Shown here: in pieces, positions 1-9,300 of the stretch | Layout: each line of letters opens with the position of its first letter | Numbering within the stretch: the stretch's first letter is position 1 | Source of the DNA: an uncultured Pseudomonadales bacterium | GTDB lineage: Bacteria > Patescibacteriota > Microgenomatia > UBA1400 > CAYXSR01 | NCBI GenBank assembly: GCA_964430265.1 | Contig: CAYSEI010000001.1 | Location: forward strand, 254,987-318,986 | Reading direction: 5' to 3' | Length of the DNA: 64,000 nt | The notes under the pieces: generated by a model | The model's database searches: none | Seen by the model: the letters and a program-made list of their open reading frames with translations, nothing else | Told to the model about the DNA's origin: nothing | Made by a program: the position numbers and the translations under genes

Positions 1-41
1 GCTTGTGGTTTGGCATATTTTAATACAAACTATAATTTAAA

Positions 42-614
42 ATGATTGGAAAACTCAAAGGAACGATTCAGGAAAAATTAAACGGCTCCTATTTAATAGA
101 AATGGATAATGGCGTATATTACCGAGTACATCCGGCTTCCTCATCCTTAAATGATGAAATGATAGGGAAAGAAGTTGAGGTGTATATCTATACCTATGTT
201 AGGGAGGATACTTTAAAACTTTTTGGGTTTACAAAAAAGCGAGATCTGCAGTTTTTTGAGATTCTAATAAGTATCAGTGGGATAGGAACAAGTACTGCAC
301 AAACAATGCTTTCTTTTTACATTCCTGACGAAATTGAAAGAGGCGTAGCTGAACAGGATATCCCGTTTTTCACAGAAATCCCGGGAATCGGTAAAAAAAG
401 TGCCCAAAAAATTATTTTTGAACTTTCATCCAAGCTTGAAAAAGAATATGATCTGAGTAAACAAGAACTCAGTAAAGAAGACAATCTGGTAGTTGAAGCT
501 TTGCAAAATCTCGGATTTGACAGAAAAGACATTTACAAAAACCTAAAAAAGATTGATAAAGATCAACCTTTGGAGGAAAAGATCCGCAAGGCCATAAAGA
601 TTTTGTCAGAATAA
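42..614 (+). CDS. ruvA: Holliday junction DNA helicase subunit RuvA
   Basis: 190-aa ORF with the typical RuvA N-terminal OB domain (MIGKLKGTI...) and a helix-hairpin-helix region (GIGKKSAQKII). It lies immediately upstream of ruvB. Confidence 0.85.
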   Translation: MIGKLKGTIQEKLNGSYLIEMDNGVYYRVHPASSSLNDEMIGKEVEVYIYTYVREDTLKLFGFTKKRDLQFFEILISISGIGTSTAQTMLSFYIPDEIERGVAEQDIPFFTEIPGIGKKSAQKIIFELSSKLEKEYDLSKQELSKEDNLVVEALQNLGFDRKDIYKNLKKIDKDQPLEEKIRKAIKILSE

Positions 615-641
615 ATATTTTGTTACAATACATTTGTTCCA

Positions 642-1604
642 ATGAAAACAATCGACCAAAAATTAAGACCAAAAAAGCTTTCCGAATACCTAGGTCAGGA
701 TAAAATAAAAAAGGCCTTAAATCTTTTTATTGAAGCCGCCAAAACAAGGAAAGGACCAACTGATCACCTTCTTTTTTACGGGCCTCCCGGTATTGGTAAA
801 ACAACCTTAGCCCATATTTTGGCAAACGAACTTGACGGAGAGTTAAAAGTTACTTCTGGACCTGCAATTGAAAGAGCTGGTGATTTGGCTGCAATTTTAA
901 CCAACCTAAAAAACAATGATATCCTTTTTATAGATGAGATCCATCGTCTGCCAAAACCTGTTGAGGAAGCCCTTTATCCTGTTTTGGAAGAATTTCATTT
1001 AGATATTGTTTTGGGAAAAGGTCCTTCGGCAAGGACAGTTCATTTATCAGTTCCTAATATTACAATAGTTGGAGCCACAACTAAAGTTGCCCTCCTCTCT
1101 CCTCCATTAAGGGACAGATTTGGTTTGATCTCCCGTTTGAAACCTTATAATACAGAAGAAATAAAAGAGATTGTTATACGTGCGGCAAAAATTATAGAAT
1201 TGCCTCTTACTGAAGATGCGGCAATTGAAATTGCCAAACGCTCCCGCAGAATCCCAAGAATTGCAATCCGAATCCTTAAAAGGGTTAGAGATCTTTGTAC
1301 AGTTGAAAAACATGAAGAAATAAACTGTGAAAATATTAAAGAGCTCTTTTCTATTTTAGAAATGGACGAAGTGGGATTGCTACCACAGGACAGAAGCTAT
1401 TTAAGGACAATGATTAATAAGTTTGATGGTGGTCCGGTAGGACTAAACACCATTGCATCTGCTTTATCTGAGGATAACCAGACCGTAGAGGAGTTTTTGG
1501 AACCCTATCTTCTTAGGCTAGGATTTATTAAAAAAACCTCAAGGGGAAGAGTTGTAACAGGTGCAGTTTACAAACATTTTGATATAAAAGCTCCTAAAAC
1601 TTAA
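642..1604 (+). CDS. ruvB: Holliday junction branch-migration ATPase RuvB
   Basis: Walker A GPPGIGKTTLA, the motif ILFIDEIHRL, AAA+ architecture and a C-terminal winged helix. The ruvA-ruvB arrangement is conserved. Confidence 0.9.
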   Translation: MKTIDQKLRPKKLSEYLGQDKIKKALNLFIEAAKTRKGPTDHLLFYGPPGIGKTTLAHILANELDGELKVTSGPAIERAGDLAAILTNLKNNDILFIDEIHRLPKPVEEALYPVLEEFHLDIVLGKGPSARTVHLSVPNITIVGATTKVALLSPPLRDRFGLISRLKPYNTEEIKEIVIRAAKIIELPLTEDAAIEIAKRSRRIPRIAIRILKRVRDLCTVEKHEEINCENIKELFSILEMDEVGLLPQDRSYLRTMINKFDGGPVGLNTIASALSEDNQTVEEFLEPYLLRLGFIKKTSRGRVVTGAVYKHFDIKAPKT

Positions 1605-1631
1605 TAGTTTTTGATATAATATTTGATATCT

Positions 1632-1719
1632 GCCGCGGTGCTGGAACTGGCAGACAGGCGAGACTTAAAATCTTGTGTCCTTTATGGACGTGTGGGTTCA
1701 ACTCCCTCCCGCGGCACCA
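1632..1719 (+). tRNA. tRNA-Leu(TAA), long variable arm, CCA encoded
   Basis: Cloverleaf read by eye. Acceptor gccgcgg/ccgcggc, anticodon loop cttaaaa, long variable arm, 3' end ...cacca. Confidence 0.8.
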
Positions 1720-1742
1720 AGTTCAACTTGGTTTTTTAATAT

Positions 1743-1817
1743 CGGAGAGTGGCGCAGATGGATTAGCGCGCTGCGTTTGGGACGCAGAGGTCCCGGGTTC
1801 AAGTCCCGGCTCTCCGA
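1743..1817 (+). tRNA. tRNA-Pro(TGG)
   Basis: Acceptor cggagag/ctctccg, anticodon stem ctgcg/cgcag with loop tttggga, T-loop ttcaagt. No encoded CCA. Confidence 0.8.
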
Positions 1818-1846
1818 CACCTTTTTAATAAATTCAAAGGAAGAAA

Positions 1847-2290
1847 ATGCTTAGAGATAAAATACAAAAACAGGCAACAGAATTAATAAAAAAAGGCGAC
1901 AAAAAAAAAGCACAAGTACTGCGCTATCTTTATTCACAAATAAAAGATAAAGAAATAGATCAGGGAAGAAAAGAATTAACTGACAAAGAAGTTCTAAAAC
2001 TTATTCAGAAACAGATAAAAAGCCTAAAAGAAGAAATTAAAATCTTTGAAAAAGAAGACAGACAAAAATTACTTGATAAAGCAAAGTATGAAATAGAAGT
2101 TTTGGCAGAATATTTACCTGAACAGCTTTCTGCTGATGAAATTGGCAAAAAAATTGAAGATATCATAGAAAACAACCCTAATATTGATAAACCCGGTCCA
2201 ATGATTGGTAAAGTGATCCAAGAACTAGGCGGAGAAGCAGACAATTCACAAATTGCCAGAATTGTACAGGAAAAATTCAGACAAGACTAA
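1847..2290 (+). CDS. GatB/YqeY domain-containing protein
   Basis: 147-aa protein with the YqeY-like helical pattern (…VLRYLYSQIKDKEIDQGR…, C-terminal GPMIGKVIQELGGEADN). Confidence 0.7.
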   Translation: MLRDKIQKQATELIKKGDKKKAQVLRYLYSQIKDKEIDQGRKELTDKEVLKLIQKQIKSLKEEIKIFEKEDRQKLLDKAKYEIEVLAEYLPEQLSADEIGKKIEDIIENNPNIDKPGPMIGKVIQELGGEADNSQIARIVQEKFRQD

Positions 2291-3339
2291 AAAGAAATTT
2301 TGCCACCACCCAGACAAATATTATTTTGATAAAAAACAGCCCATTGTCCGGGAGTAACTGCCCTTTGGGGCCTGTCAAAAATTATTTTTAATTGATTATC
2401 CCCTATTTTATTTAGAACTGCTTTTTTTTCCGGCTGCTGATAACGCACTTTGGCTTTCACCGGTAAAGAATTTTTAAGATCCTTAAATAAGTTGAAATCT
2501 TTTAAAACAATTTCTTTTTTATAATATTTTTTTTCATTTTCTTTATTAGCCACAACCAATAAATTATTCTCAAAATCTTTTTTAACAACATACCAGGGTC
2601 CTCCGCTTAAGCCGATGCCTTTTCTTTGGCCAATGGTATAAAAATGCAATCCTGGATGTTCTCCAATTTTATTGCCTTCAGAATCAATAATTTTTCCGTG
2701 GTTTTCTCCAAGTTTTGATCTTAAAAAATGATTAACATTTTTATCTGATATAAAACAGAGATCTTGGCTTTGTTCTTTTTTAGTTAAGAAGTCCAAATTC
2801 TCTTCTTTAGCAATTTCAAAGACCTTGTCTTTTTTGTATCCCCCTAAAGGAAACTTGATCCTTTTTACCCACTCTTTTTTAAGCAAACATAAGTAGTATG
2901 TTTGATCCTTGCTCTTATCTACTGCTTTTTGTAAATAATACTCTCCCCTAGTCTTTTTTATCTTTGCATAATGACCAGTTGCAACATATTCAATATTGTT
3001 ATTATCAGCAAATTCAAAAAGGGTTTTAAATTTTAAAAACCTATTGCAAACTATACAGGGGTTTGGGGTTAATCCTTTTTTAAAATCATTAATAAATTTA
3101 TCGACAACAATTTTTTGGAATTTATCAGAAACTTCTAAATAATGATGTTCTACTCCATATTTTTTACAAACCTTTTCTGCTGTCTTAATATTTTGTTTGT
3201 TACACTTAGTATTTTTGCTAAAAACACAATACTGCAGAGAAACTCCCACAGGATCAAATCCCTGTTTTTTTAAAAGTGTTAAAGAAATTGAAGAATCAAT
3301 TCCACCTGACATTCCCAGTACAATTTTATTATTATTCAT
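2287..3339 (-). CDS. mnmA: tRNA-specific 2-thiouridylase MnmA (s2U34)
   Basis: PP-loop MSGGIDSS, catalytic cysteines in NPCIVCN and DLCF, and the overall MnmA layout. Its end converges on the YqeY gene with a 4-nt overlap. Confidence 0.85.
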   Translation of the reverse strand: MNNNKIVLGMSGGIDSSISLTLLKKQGFDPVGVSLQYCVFSKNTKCNKQNIKTAEKVCKKYGVEHHYLEVSDKFQKIVVDKFINDFKKGLTPNPCIVCNRFLKFKTLFEFADNNNIEYVATGHYAKIKKTRGEYYLQKAVDKSKDQTYYLCLLKKEWVKRIKFPLGGYKKDKVFEIAKEENLDFLTKKEQSQDLCFISDKNVNHFLRSKLGENHGKIIDSEGNKIGEHPGLHFYTIGQRKGIGLSGGPWYVVKKDFENNLLVVANKENEKKYYKKEIVLKDFNLFKDLKNSLPVKAKVRYQQPEKKAVLNKIGDNQLKIIFDRPQRAVTPGQWAVFYQNNICLGGGKISF

Positions 3340-3411
3340 ACTTGTATTATATGATAAATCTTTTTTCTTCGCATTGAAGTGAAAGTAAATTATGGTAAAA
3401 TATTAATGTTT

Positions 3412-3485
3412 GCGGGCGTAGCTCAGCTGGCTAGAGTGTCTCCCTTCCAAGGAGAAGGTCGTGGGTTCGAATCCCATCGCCCGCT
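3412..3485 (+). tRNA. tRNA-Gly(TCC)
   Basis: Acceptor gcgggcg/cgcccgc, anticodon stem tctcc/ggaga, loop cttccaa, T-loop ttcgaat. Confidence 0.8.
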
Positions 3486-3512
3486 CAAAAATTATAGGTT
3501 TAAATATTTGAA

Positions 3513-3690
3513 AATGTCTGAATCTCAACCAAATTGGGAAAAGCAATTAGAACAAGCTAATGCAGAGCCTTTAAATACTCAACAAAGGATTCAAGCTTAT
3601 TTAAAAGAAAGAGCAAGTTCTGAAAAACCAAAAGATCCTAAGAAAGAAAATAGATCATTTGATGACTGGTATACAAGTGGAACTGTATAA
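3513..3690 (+). CDS. small hypothetical protein (59 aa)
   Basis: This is the tRNA-free 3' part of ORF 3379-3690, taken from the internal ATG at 3513 after the tRNA-Gly. No recognisable domain. Confidence 0.2.
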
Positions 3691-3744
3691 AGCAGATTAT
3701 AATTGCTTTTAGCTAAAAATCTCATATTTTTGTTGGAGTATAGG

Positions 3745-4374
3745 TTATGGCTGATTTATCTCAATTACCTGATTTTTCACTTTAACAATTCCTTTAGGAA
3801 CATTTGCTTCAAACAAAAGTTTATTGTTTTCTAATTCCATGTTTTTAACATGTACGTTGTTTTTTTCAAATTGTCTGTCTAACATGGTATTGCCGTTTGC
3901 TTCAACAAATGATGCAATCTTTTTTGGAGCTTTGATTGCGCCGATATAAACGTCTTCCACATAAAAATGATTAAATTTTAGTCTGGATTTAATTGTAATA
4001 TTGCCAGGAAGTAGCGGATAGTAACTTTTTCCTGAAGCAATAATATTTTGTTTGTCAAATTTTAACTTAAGATCGGAAATTAACTTGTTGCTGTTAAGCT
4101 CATTTAGCAATGCAGTCAATTGCTCTGCGCTAAGTTCTAAAGTAATTTCTTCTGTATCTTCAGTATTTAAACCTCCGCATCCTGGAGGCGCACAAATACC
4201 ATCTTCATTTTCCGTAATTTTTTCTTTTAAAAAATTATTTTCTACATTAACCAGGTTCTTTTTTAAAGGTGTATTAATATTTAGGTTCTTGGGAGATGAA
4301 GCAAACAAATAAGTTATTAATACTAAAAATAGAAAAACAATAAAACTAAATACTATCAGAAACTTTTTATTCAT
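3745..4374 (-). CDS. hypothetical secreted/membrane-anchored protein
   Basis: 209 aa with an N-terminal hydrophobic signal/anchor (FLIVFSFIVFLFLVLITYLF). It overlaps the upstream mscS-like gene by 8 nt, suggesting an operon. Confidence 0.5.
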   Translation of the reverse strand: MNKKFLIVFSFIVFLFLVLITYLFASSPKNLNINTPLKKNLVNVENNFLKEKITENEDGICAPPGCGGLNTEDTEEITLELSAEQLTALLNELNSNKLISDLKLKFDKQNIIASGKSYYPLLPGNITIKSRLKFNHFYVEDVYIGAIKAPKKIASFVEANGNTMLDRQFEKNNVHVKNMELENNKLLFEANVPKGIVKVKNQVIEINQP

Positions 4375-5401
4375 TTTCCTTATAAATATGTATATCCCTT
4401 TGTGGGTTGGGGATGTTGATGTTGTGCTTTTTTAATTTTTTGTGCATTTCTTTGATCAATTTATGGGTGACAATTCCCTTTCTTGCAGGGTTATTCATTG
4501 TTCCTAAAACTTCCACCTGAATTGCTGAAGGACCAAATTTTCTAAAAAATACTCGCGGTACAGGTTCCTTAACGATTTCCTCTTCATCTTCAAGGATTTT
4601 TAATAAAACTTTTTCAACTTTTTCCAAATCGCTATTATAAGAAACACCAACTGGTACATGAATTCTTAGTTTGGAATCAAGCCCAGTTTCATTAATCACA
4701 AAATCGGTAACCATTACTGAGTTGGGGACGGAGACCAAAATATTATCCCTGGTCTTAATTCGTGTACTGCGCATACCAATATCAATAATTTCGCCTCGGT
4801 AATCATTTTTAACAATTACATAGTCGCCAATTTTGTAGGGTTGGTCAAAAAATATAGAAATCCCGCCAAAAAAATTAGCAATAGTGTCTTTGGCTGCAAA
4901 ACCAATAACTATTCCCAAAATACCAGCTGAAGTAAGTAAAGGATTGGTGTTAATTTTCCAAATTGAAAGCAAAATAATAATGGTAATAATAATGATAAGA
5001 ATGTGGGTAATATTTTCTAAAAAGGTATATAAATTAATTTTGGAAGTTTCTTCAGCTGCTTTTTTTTCAATTGTTTGGTACAAGTAGGTAAAAATTTGGC
5101 CGATTCCCCAGGCCCAGATTAATGTGAAGGCAGTATAAAATAAATTAGTTAAGATATTTACGGTTTCAGGATTAGCAAAATAATGAGATAAACTTATCTT
5201 AAACCCGGTTAAAAAAACCGTCAAAAAAGTCGGTCTTTGAAGCTGTGAAATAAGATAGTCATCCAATTCAACCATAGTCTTCTTGGCAATTTTAATAAGT
5301 ATGTATTTAAATATTAGCTGGGTTAGGCTTGCAGTAAGAAGTGTAATACCCAAAATATAAATGCTGTCAAATAATTTTGGAGAATAGGCAGTTAAAAACA
5401 T
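4367..5401 (-). CDS. mechanosensitive ion channel (MscS family)
   Basis: N-terminal TM helices, then an MscS beta-domain signature (FFGGISIFFDQPYKIGDYVIV…GEIIDIGMRSTRIKTRDNILVSVPNS). Confidence 0.8.
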   Translation of the reverse strand: MFLTAYSPKLFDSIYILGITLLTASLTQLIFKYILIKIAKKTMVELDDYLISQLQRPTFLTVFLTGFKISLSHYFANPETVNILTNLFYTAFTLIWAWGIGQIFTYLYQTIEKKAAEETSKINLYTFLENITHILIIIITIIILLSIWKINTNPLLTSAGILGIVIGFAAKDTIANFFGGISIFFDQPYKIGDYVIVKNDYRGEIIDIGMRSTRIKTRDNILVSVPNSVMVTDFVINETGLDSKLRIHVPVGVSYNSDLEKVEKVLLKILEDEEEIVKEPVPRVFFRKFGPSAIQVEVLGTMNNPARKGIVTHKLIKEMHKKLKKHNINIPNPQRDIHIYKENE

Positions 5402-5429
5402 TATAAGTTCATTTTAACAAATAGATAAG

Positions 5430-6602
5430 TTAGGCAACAATAACCAATTCTTTTTCCGCTCGGGTTACTGCGGTATACAGCCAACGGTGCCATTCCTCAT
5501 CCTCCATGTTTTTAAACCTTTGTTCAAACAACAATACCTTTGGAGCCTGGCTTCCCTGTGCTTTGTGTACAGTAATTGCATAGCCAAAATCAAACAAATC
5601 TCCCATTTCATCAAATGTTATTCCTTCAGCTTTACGCAAGGTTGTTTTAGAACCAAACTGTTCCTTTAAAACCCTTCCTTTATAGATGTTTCCGTCATCC
5701 ATTTTTGCTTCCATTTGGTACCAGAGCTCTTCGCCTTTTTCATTGGCAACAGGCTTAATAGACCTGACTTCACCCAGCATACCGTTAAAAACACCTTTAG
5801 AATAATTGTTTTTAAGACAAATTATGCGGTCAGTAATCTGTGGCTCTTCACTATAAAAATTGTTTAATTTCCTAATGTTTTTATTCAGCTCTACCCTAGC
5901 CCAGTTAAAACCGACTAATACAAGTAATTTTTTATTAAAATTTCGAAGCATTTCTTCTACATATTCCTGGGTTTCATAATTTGTTTTGTCAAGTTTTTTA
6001 ACGTCACCATAATCAGCAAAAGCAACGTCTTCACCATTTCTGACTTTTTCAGATAGTTGAATGATCTTATTACCTTTTGCCTGTCTGTGTATTTTTTCAA
6101 GTTTTAAATCAGGTTTTTCCATTAAATTAAAACTGCCTTCAATCGGTGGCAGCTGTCCATGATCGCCTACTGCTAAAATAGGTATTTTATAACTGCGTAA
6201 ATCTGCCCATATTTTTGCATCTACCATTGAAGCTTCGTCCAATATAATTAAATCCGCTTCTAAGTCTTTGCTTTTTTCCCAATATTTGATCCGGTTGTTT
6301 TTATCCTTTACCGGTTCATAAATCAAAGAGTGGATTGTTCCGGTAATATCCTGTTCATAAAGCGCAAAGTGTTTTTTTAAGGTTTCTTCCAGAACCCGAG
6401 TAGCTTTTCCCGTATACGAACAGAAGGCAACTTTTAATTCAGGAAATTTATTATCAAGCTCTTTGCGTAGAAAAGCAATCATAGTGGTTTTGCCTGTACC
6501 AGCATAACCACCGAAAGTAAGAAAAGGTTTGTTCTGTTTTATATACCAGCGCCAAACCTTACGCAAAACCTTTTTCTGGTGTTCAGTAACTTTTAGTTTC
6601 AC
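5430..6602 (-). CDS. SF1B ATP-dependent DNA helicase, RecD/Dda-like
   Basis: Walker A GYAGTGKTT, Walker B ILDEASMVD, motif III GDHGQLPPI and motif VI VHKAQGSQ. At 390 aa it is compact, like Dda. Confidence 0.75.
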   Translation of the reverse strand: MKLKVTEHQKKVLRKVWRWYIKQNKPFLTFGGYAGTGKTTMIAFLRKELDNKFPELKVAFCSYTGKATRVLEETLKKHFALYEQDITGTIHSLIYEPVKDKNNRIKYWEKSKDLEADLIILDEASMVDAKIWADLRSYKIPILAVGDHGQLPPIEGSFNLMEKPDLKLEKIHRQAKGNKIIQLSEKVRNGEDVAFADYGDVKKLDKTNYETQEYVEEMLRNFNKKLLVLVGFNWARVELNKNIRKLNNFYSEEPQITDRIICLKNNYSKGVFNGMLGEVRSIKPVANEKGEELWYQMEAKMDDGNIYKGRVLKEQFGSKTTLRKAEGITFDEMGDLFDFGYAITVHKAQGSQAPKVLLFEQRFKNMEDEEWHRWLYTAVTRAEKELVIVA

Positions 6603-6641
6603 AATTGAAATTATATCAAGTAAGTAAATAAAAGTAAGAAT

Positions 6642-6854
6642 TTAGAAAAGAGCCTTTCCATTATATTGTATCGGACATCTGTTTATTCTTTCCAATTCAT
6701 CTGGTGTTAAAAAAAACACAAACCAATCATTGAGATCAGACAAAGGTAATTGTGTGTCACAGTCACTAAACAAAGTAGATATTTTTTTTGGGATCTTACA
6801 TTTTTCTAATTTCGAGCAAGAATCACAACTATTTAACTTTTCTACTAATGACAT
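6642..6854 (-). CDS. small Cys-rich hypothetical protein (possible zinc ribbon)
   Basis: 70 aa with C-x2-C-x5-C…DCD…RCP. It lies 40 nt upstream of the helicase on the same strand. Confidence 0.3.
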   Translation of the reverse strand: MSLVEKLNSCDSCSKLEKCKIPKKISTLFSDCDTQLPLSDLNDWFVFFLTPDELERINRCPIQYNGKALF

Positions 6855-6873
6855 TATCTAAAGATATAACTAT

Positions 6874-7131
6874 TCAAGCTTCTTTGAGTTCTTTTTTAGC
6901 TTTTTTCATTTTTTTAGTGATTTTATCTTTTTTCTCTTTCAGCTCTTCTACTTTTTCTTTTACTTCTTCAGCCTTTTTTTTGCCTTTTTCTAATGCTTTA
7001 TCTGCTTCTTTCTTAACTTTTTCACGGTTCTCTTTTTTTGAAAAAAATACAGCTGCAGCTCCTGCTAATGCACCCATAATCGCAGCTCCTAATTTTCCGC
7101 CTGATTTTTTCTTTTTGGTTTCGGATTTCAT
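6874..7131 (-). CDS. YtxH-like membrane-anchored coiled-coil protein
   Basis: Gly/Ala-rich N-terminal helix (GGKLGAAIMGALAGAAAVFF) followed by a K/E-rich coiled coil, the pattern typical of YtxH/DUF948. Confidence 0.5.
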   Translation of the reverse strand: MKSETKKKKSGGKLGAAIMGALAGAAAVFFSKKENREKVKKEADKALEKGKKKAEEVKEKVEELKEKKDKITKKMKKAKKELKEA

Positions 7132-7175
7132 TTTTTAACTCCTAAAATAAACTTGATATTAATTCATTTTAGCAT

Positions 7176-7463
7176 TTATTCTGTTTCTTGAACAGACCTC
7201 TGCAGATTATCCATTGCCTGCATCATATTTTTCTTCAATTGCTCGGTTGCTTCTTCTCCTTTATCTTTTACTTTACTAAGCACTCCCTTGGTTTTTTCCA
7301 TAGCATTTTCCATTTTCTCAAGTTGTTGATTATACTCTAACTTACTATCTGCAGCTACTTCCTTTGCTTTACCCTTAAATTTGTCAATTTCAGCTTGATA
7401 TTGTTCAAGCTTAGCCTCTATTTTTTGTTGGTATGCGCGAGTGTCATCTGTTAAATTGTTCAT
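7176..7463 (-). CDS. hypothetical coiled-coil protein
   Basis: 95-aa Q/E/K-rich helical ORF with no overlap to neighbours. No domain recognised. Confidence 0.45.
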   Translation of the reverse strand: MNNLTDDTRAYQQKIEAKLEQYQAEIDKFKGKAKEVAADSKLEYNQQLEKMENAMEKTKGVLSKVKDKGEEATEQLKKNMMQAMDNLQRSVQETE

Positions 7464-7544
7464 TTTAACCTTTTTAACTTTTTAACTATTTTAATTATAG
7501 AAACAAAAATTATAGTTTCAATGAATAGAAGGTAAAAATTATGT

Positions 7545-7585
7545 AAGAAACAAAAACACCCCGTTAAAAAATTTCCGGGGTGTTT
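7545..7585 (-). terminator. rho-independent terminator downstream of hsp20
   Basis: Perfect 9-bp stem aacaccccg/cggggtgtt (7555-7563 and 7576-7584) with a 12-nt loop. On the minus strand it is followed by a T-rich run (ttttgtttct). Confidence 0.6.
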
Positions 7586-7601
7586 AATTAAAGTCAAAAC
7601 C

Positions 7602-8027
7602 TTATTTTGCTTTAACTTTAATTCTTTTTGGCTTGGCAGCTTCTTGTCTTGGAAGGGTTATTTTTACTACTCCGTTTTCAACTTCAGCTTCAATATCTTC
7701 CGGTTTAACCGGTGATGGAACGGAAGTTGTGTAATAGTATTTGGCTGCCCTTGCCTTTTTATAGATTGTTTTTTTCTCTTCTTTTTCTTCCTCAGTCTCT
7801 TCGTGTTCTGCTTTTATTGTCAATGTTCCACCTTCATAAGAGATATCTACGTCTTTGGCAGGGACTCCTGCAACATTAGCTTCCACTACCACGCTTTCTT
7901 CAGTCTCATACATACTTAATCCTTGTGTTTTTTGTGGCCAGCCACCTTCTTCTGTTAAGGAAGAGAAAAAATCTTCCGGAACAATGTCAAAAGGGTCTCT
8001 CCATCTAACTATTGCCATTTTTCTCAC
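7602..8027 (-). CDS. Hsp20/alpha-crystallin family small heat-shock protein
   Basis: Alpha-crystallin domain signature (…ANVAGVPAKDVDISYEGGTLTIKAEH…AEVENGVVKITLP). The start may be the Met at 8018. Confidence 0.85.
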   Translation of the reverse strand: MRKMAIVRWRDPFDIVPEDFFSSLTEEGGWPQKTQGLSMYETEESVVVEANVAGVPAKDVDISYEGGTLTIKAEHEETEEEKEEKKTIYKKARAAKYYYTTSVPSPVKPEDIEAEVENGVVKITLPRQEAAKPKRIKVKAK

Positions 8028-8182
8028 CTCCTTTTTAAAATATTTAATTTTAAATATTTTTTAACAATTATATTTTTACAAATCAAGTATTAAAAATTAT
8101 TAAATATAAAGTAAGAGTTTGGTTAAAAAAGTTTTCTACGTTATCTTCAGGATGTATGTATATTAAATCTTAAAAAAAGCTA

Positions 8183-8851
8183 TCATTTGCCTTCAAACAC
8201 AATTTCTTGCATATCTGCACCCAGTTCTTTAAGTGCAGTTTTTATAGACTTGACAAAAGGAGGTGGTCCGCAAACATAAAAGTTTTGCGAAAAATCATTA
8301 ATATGCTTGCTTAAAAATTTTTTGTCAATTCTTCCATGCAAATATGGTTTTTTTTCTTGTCTTGTTAAAGTTAGTAAAAGGTTATCTCCCAGCATTTGTT
8401 TAAATTCCTTTTCCAAAATAATGTCTTTTTTGGTTTTATTGGAAAATATAAGCTTATTTCCCTCCAGCTTATTCCTCTTTCTCAGGTTTCTGAATATTGC
8501 AATAAAGGGAGTGACTCCTGCTCCTCCGGCAAGATAAACACCTTTGCCTTGAAATGTAATAGTACCCCAGGGATTTTCAATCAAAAGATCCTCACCGGGT
8601 TTTAGTTGATGTAATTTTTCGGTTACTCCGTTGTGCTCGGGATATCCCTTGATTGTAAACTGCAAAACAAGATCATTATTTAAGGAAGTAAAAGTGAAAG
8701 GTCTTTTTTTGTTTCTCCAATCATCAAGATCAATTGAAATTTCAGTAGCTTGTCCAGGACTAAATTCAAAACCATTTGGTTTTTCAACTACAAAGTTTTT
8801 TACATCATGGGTTACAAATTCAGTAAAAAGGATTTTTGTTTTATAACTCAT
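8183..8851 (-). CDS. ferredoxin-NADP reductase-like FAD/NAD(P)-binding oxidoreductase
   Basis: FAD-binding R-x-F-T/S motif (RPFTFTS), NAD-binding GGAGVTPF and a C-terminal CGPPPF motif. No iron-sulfur domain. Confidence 0.7.
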   Translation of the reverse strand: MSYKTKILFTEFVTHDVKNFVVEKPNGFEFSPGQATEISIDLDDWRNKKRPFTFTSLNNDLVLQFTIKGYPEHNGVTEKLHQLKPGEDLLIENPWGTITFQGKGVYLAGGAGVTPFIAIFRNLRKRNKLEGNKLIFSNKTKKDIILEKEFKQMLGDNLLLTLTRQEKKPYLHGRIDKKFLSKHINDFSQNFYVCGPPPFVKSIKTALKELGADMQEIVFEGK

Positions 8852-9135
8852 TTTACTGCAGGGCCTAAATTAATGTCTTCTTCATCTCTGCGTGATTCTT
8901 CAGCTTTTTCTAGTTCTTCGGCAACATTCAGTTCATCTGGATTTTCTCCTGGTTCATTTTCTGTATACAAACCGACTTTTTCTGCAGTGTCAGAAACATT
9001 ATCGTCGGTGGAAGGATTTGGTATATGGCCGCTTATTGATTGGGCTCCTTCAACTTCTGGTGGTTCTTGCTCTTTTTTTTCCTCCAAATCTGGTAGGATC
9101 TCTTCTCCCGGTTGTAAGTCATTGTTATTATTCAT
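8848..9135 (-). CDS. highly acidic hypothetical protein
   Basis: 95 aa rich in D/E/P, probably disordered. An ATGA stop/start overlap with the downstream FNR-like gene implies co-translation. Confidence 0.4.
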   Translation of the reverse strand: MNNNNDLQPGEEILPDLEEKKEQEPPEVEGAQSISGHIPNPSTDDNVSDTAEKVGLYTENEPGENPDELNVAEELEKAEESRRDEEDINLGPAVK

Positions 9136-9300
9136 AATAATTACTCCTTTTTAATTCAATTTTATTTATATGTTTTTATTATTCTAATTATAAATGTATT
9201 TTATACAGTTTGAAAATAGTTAAGAATAAAGTAAGAAATTTGTAAAGTAAAAAAATAAAAATTGTAGTTAATTAATAAAATGAAAATATTTATTGTAAAG

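Noticed and set aside
3379-3690. 103-aa ORF starting at 3379
   Set aside because: Its first third is the tRNA-Gly(TCC) gene (3412-3485). Only the portion after the internal ATG at 3513 is retained, as a low-confidence small ORF.
6788-7138. 116-aa plus-strand ORF rich in S/F/L
   Set aside because: It is the antisense reading of the K/E-rich YtxH-like gene (6874-7131) and has low-complexity mirror-image composition. The minus-strand gene has a recognisable architecture.
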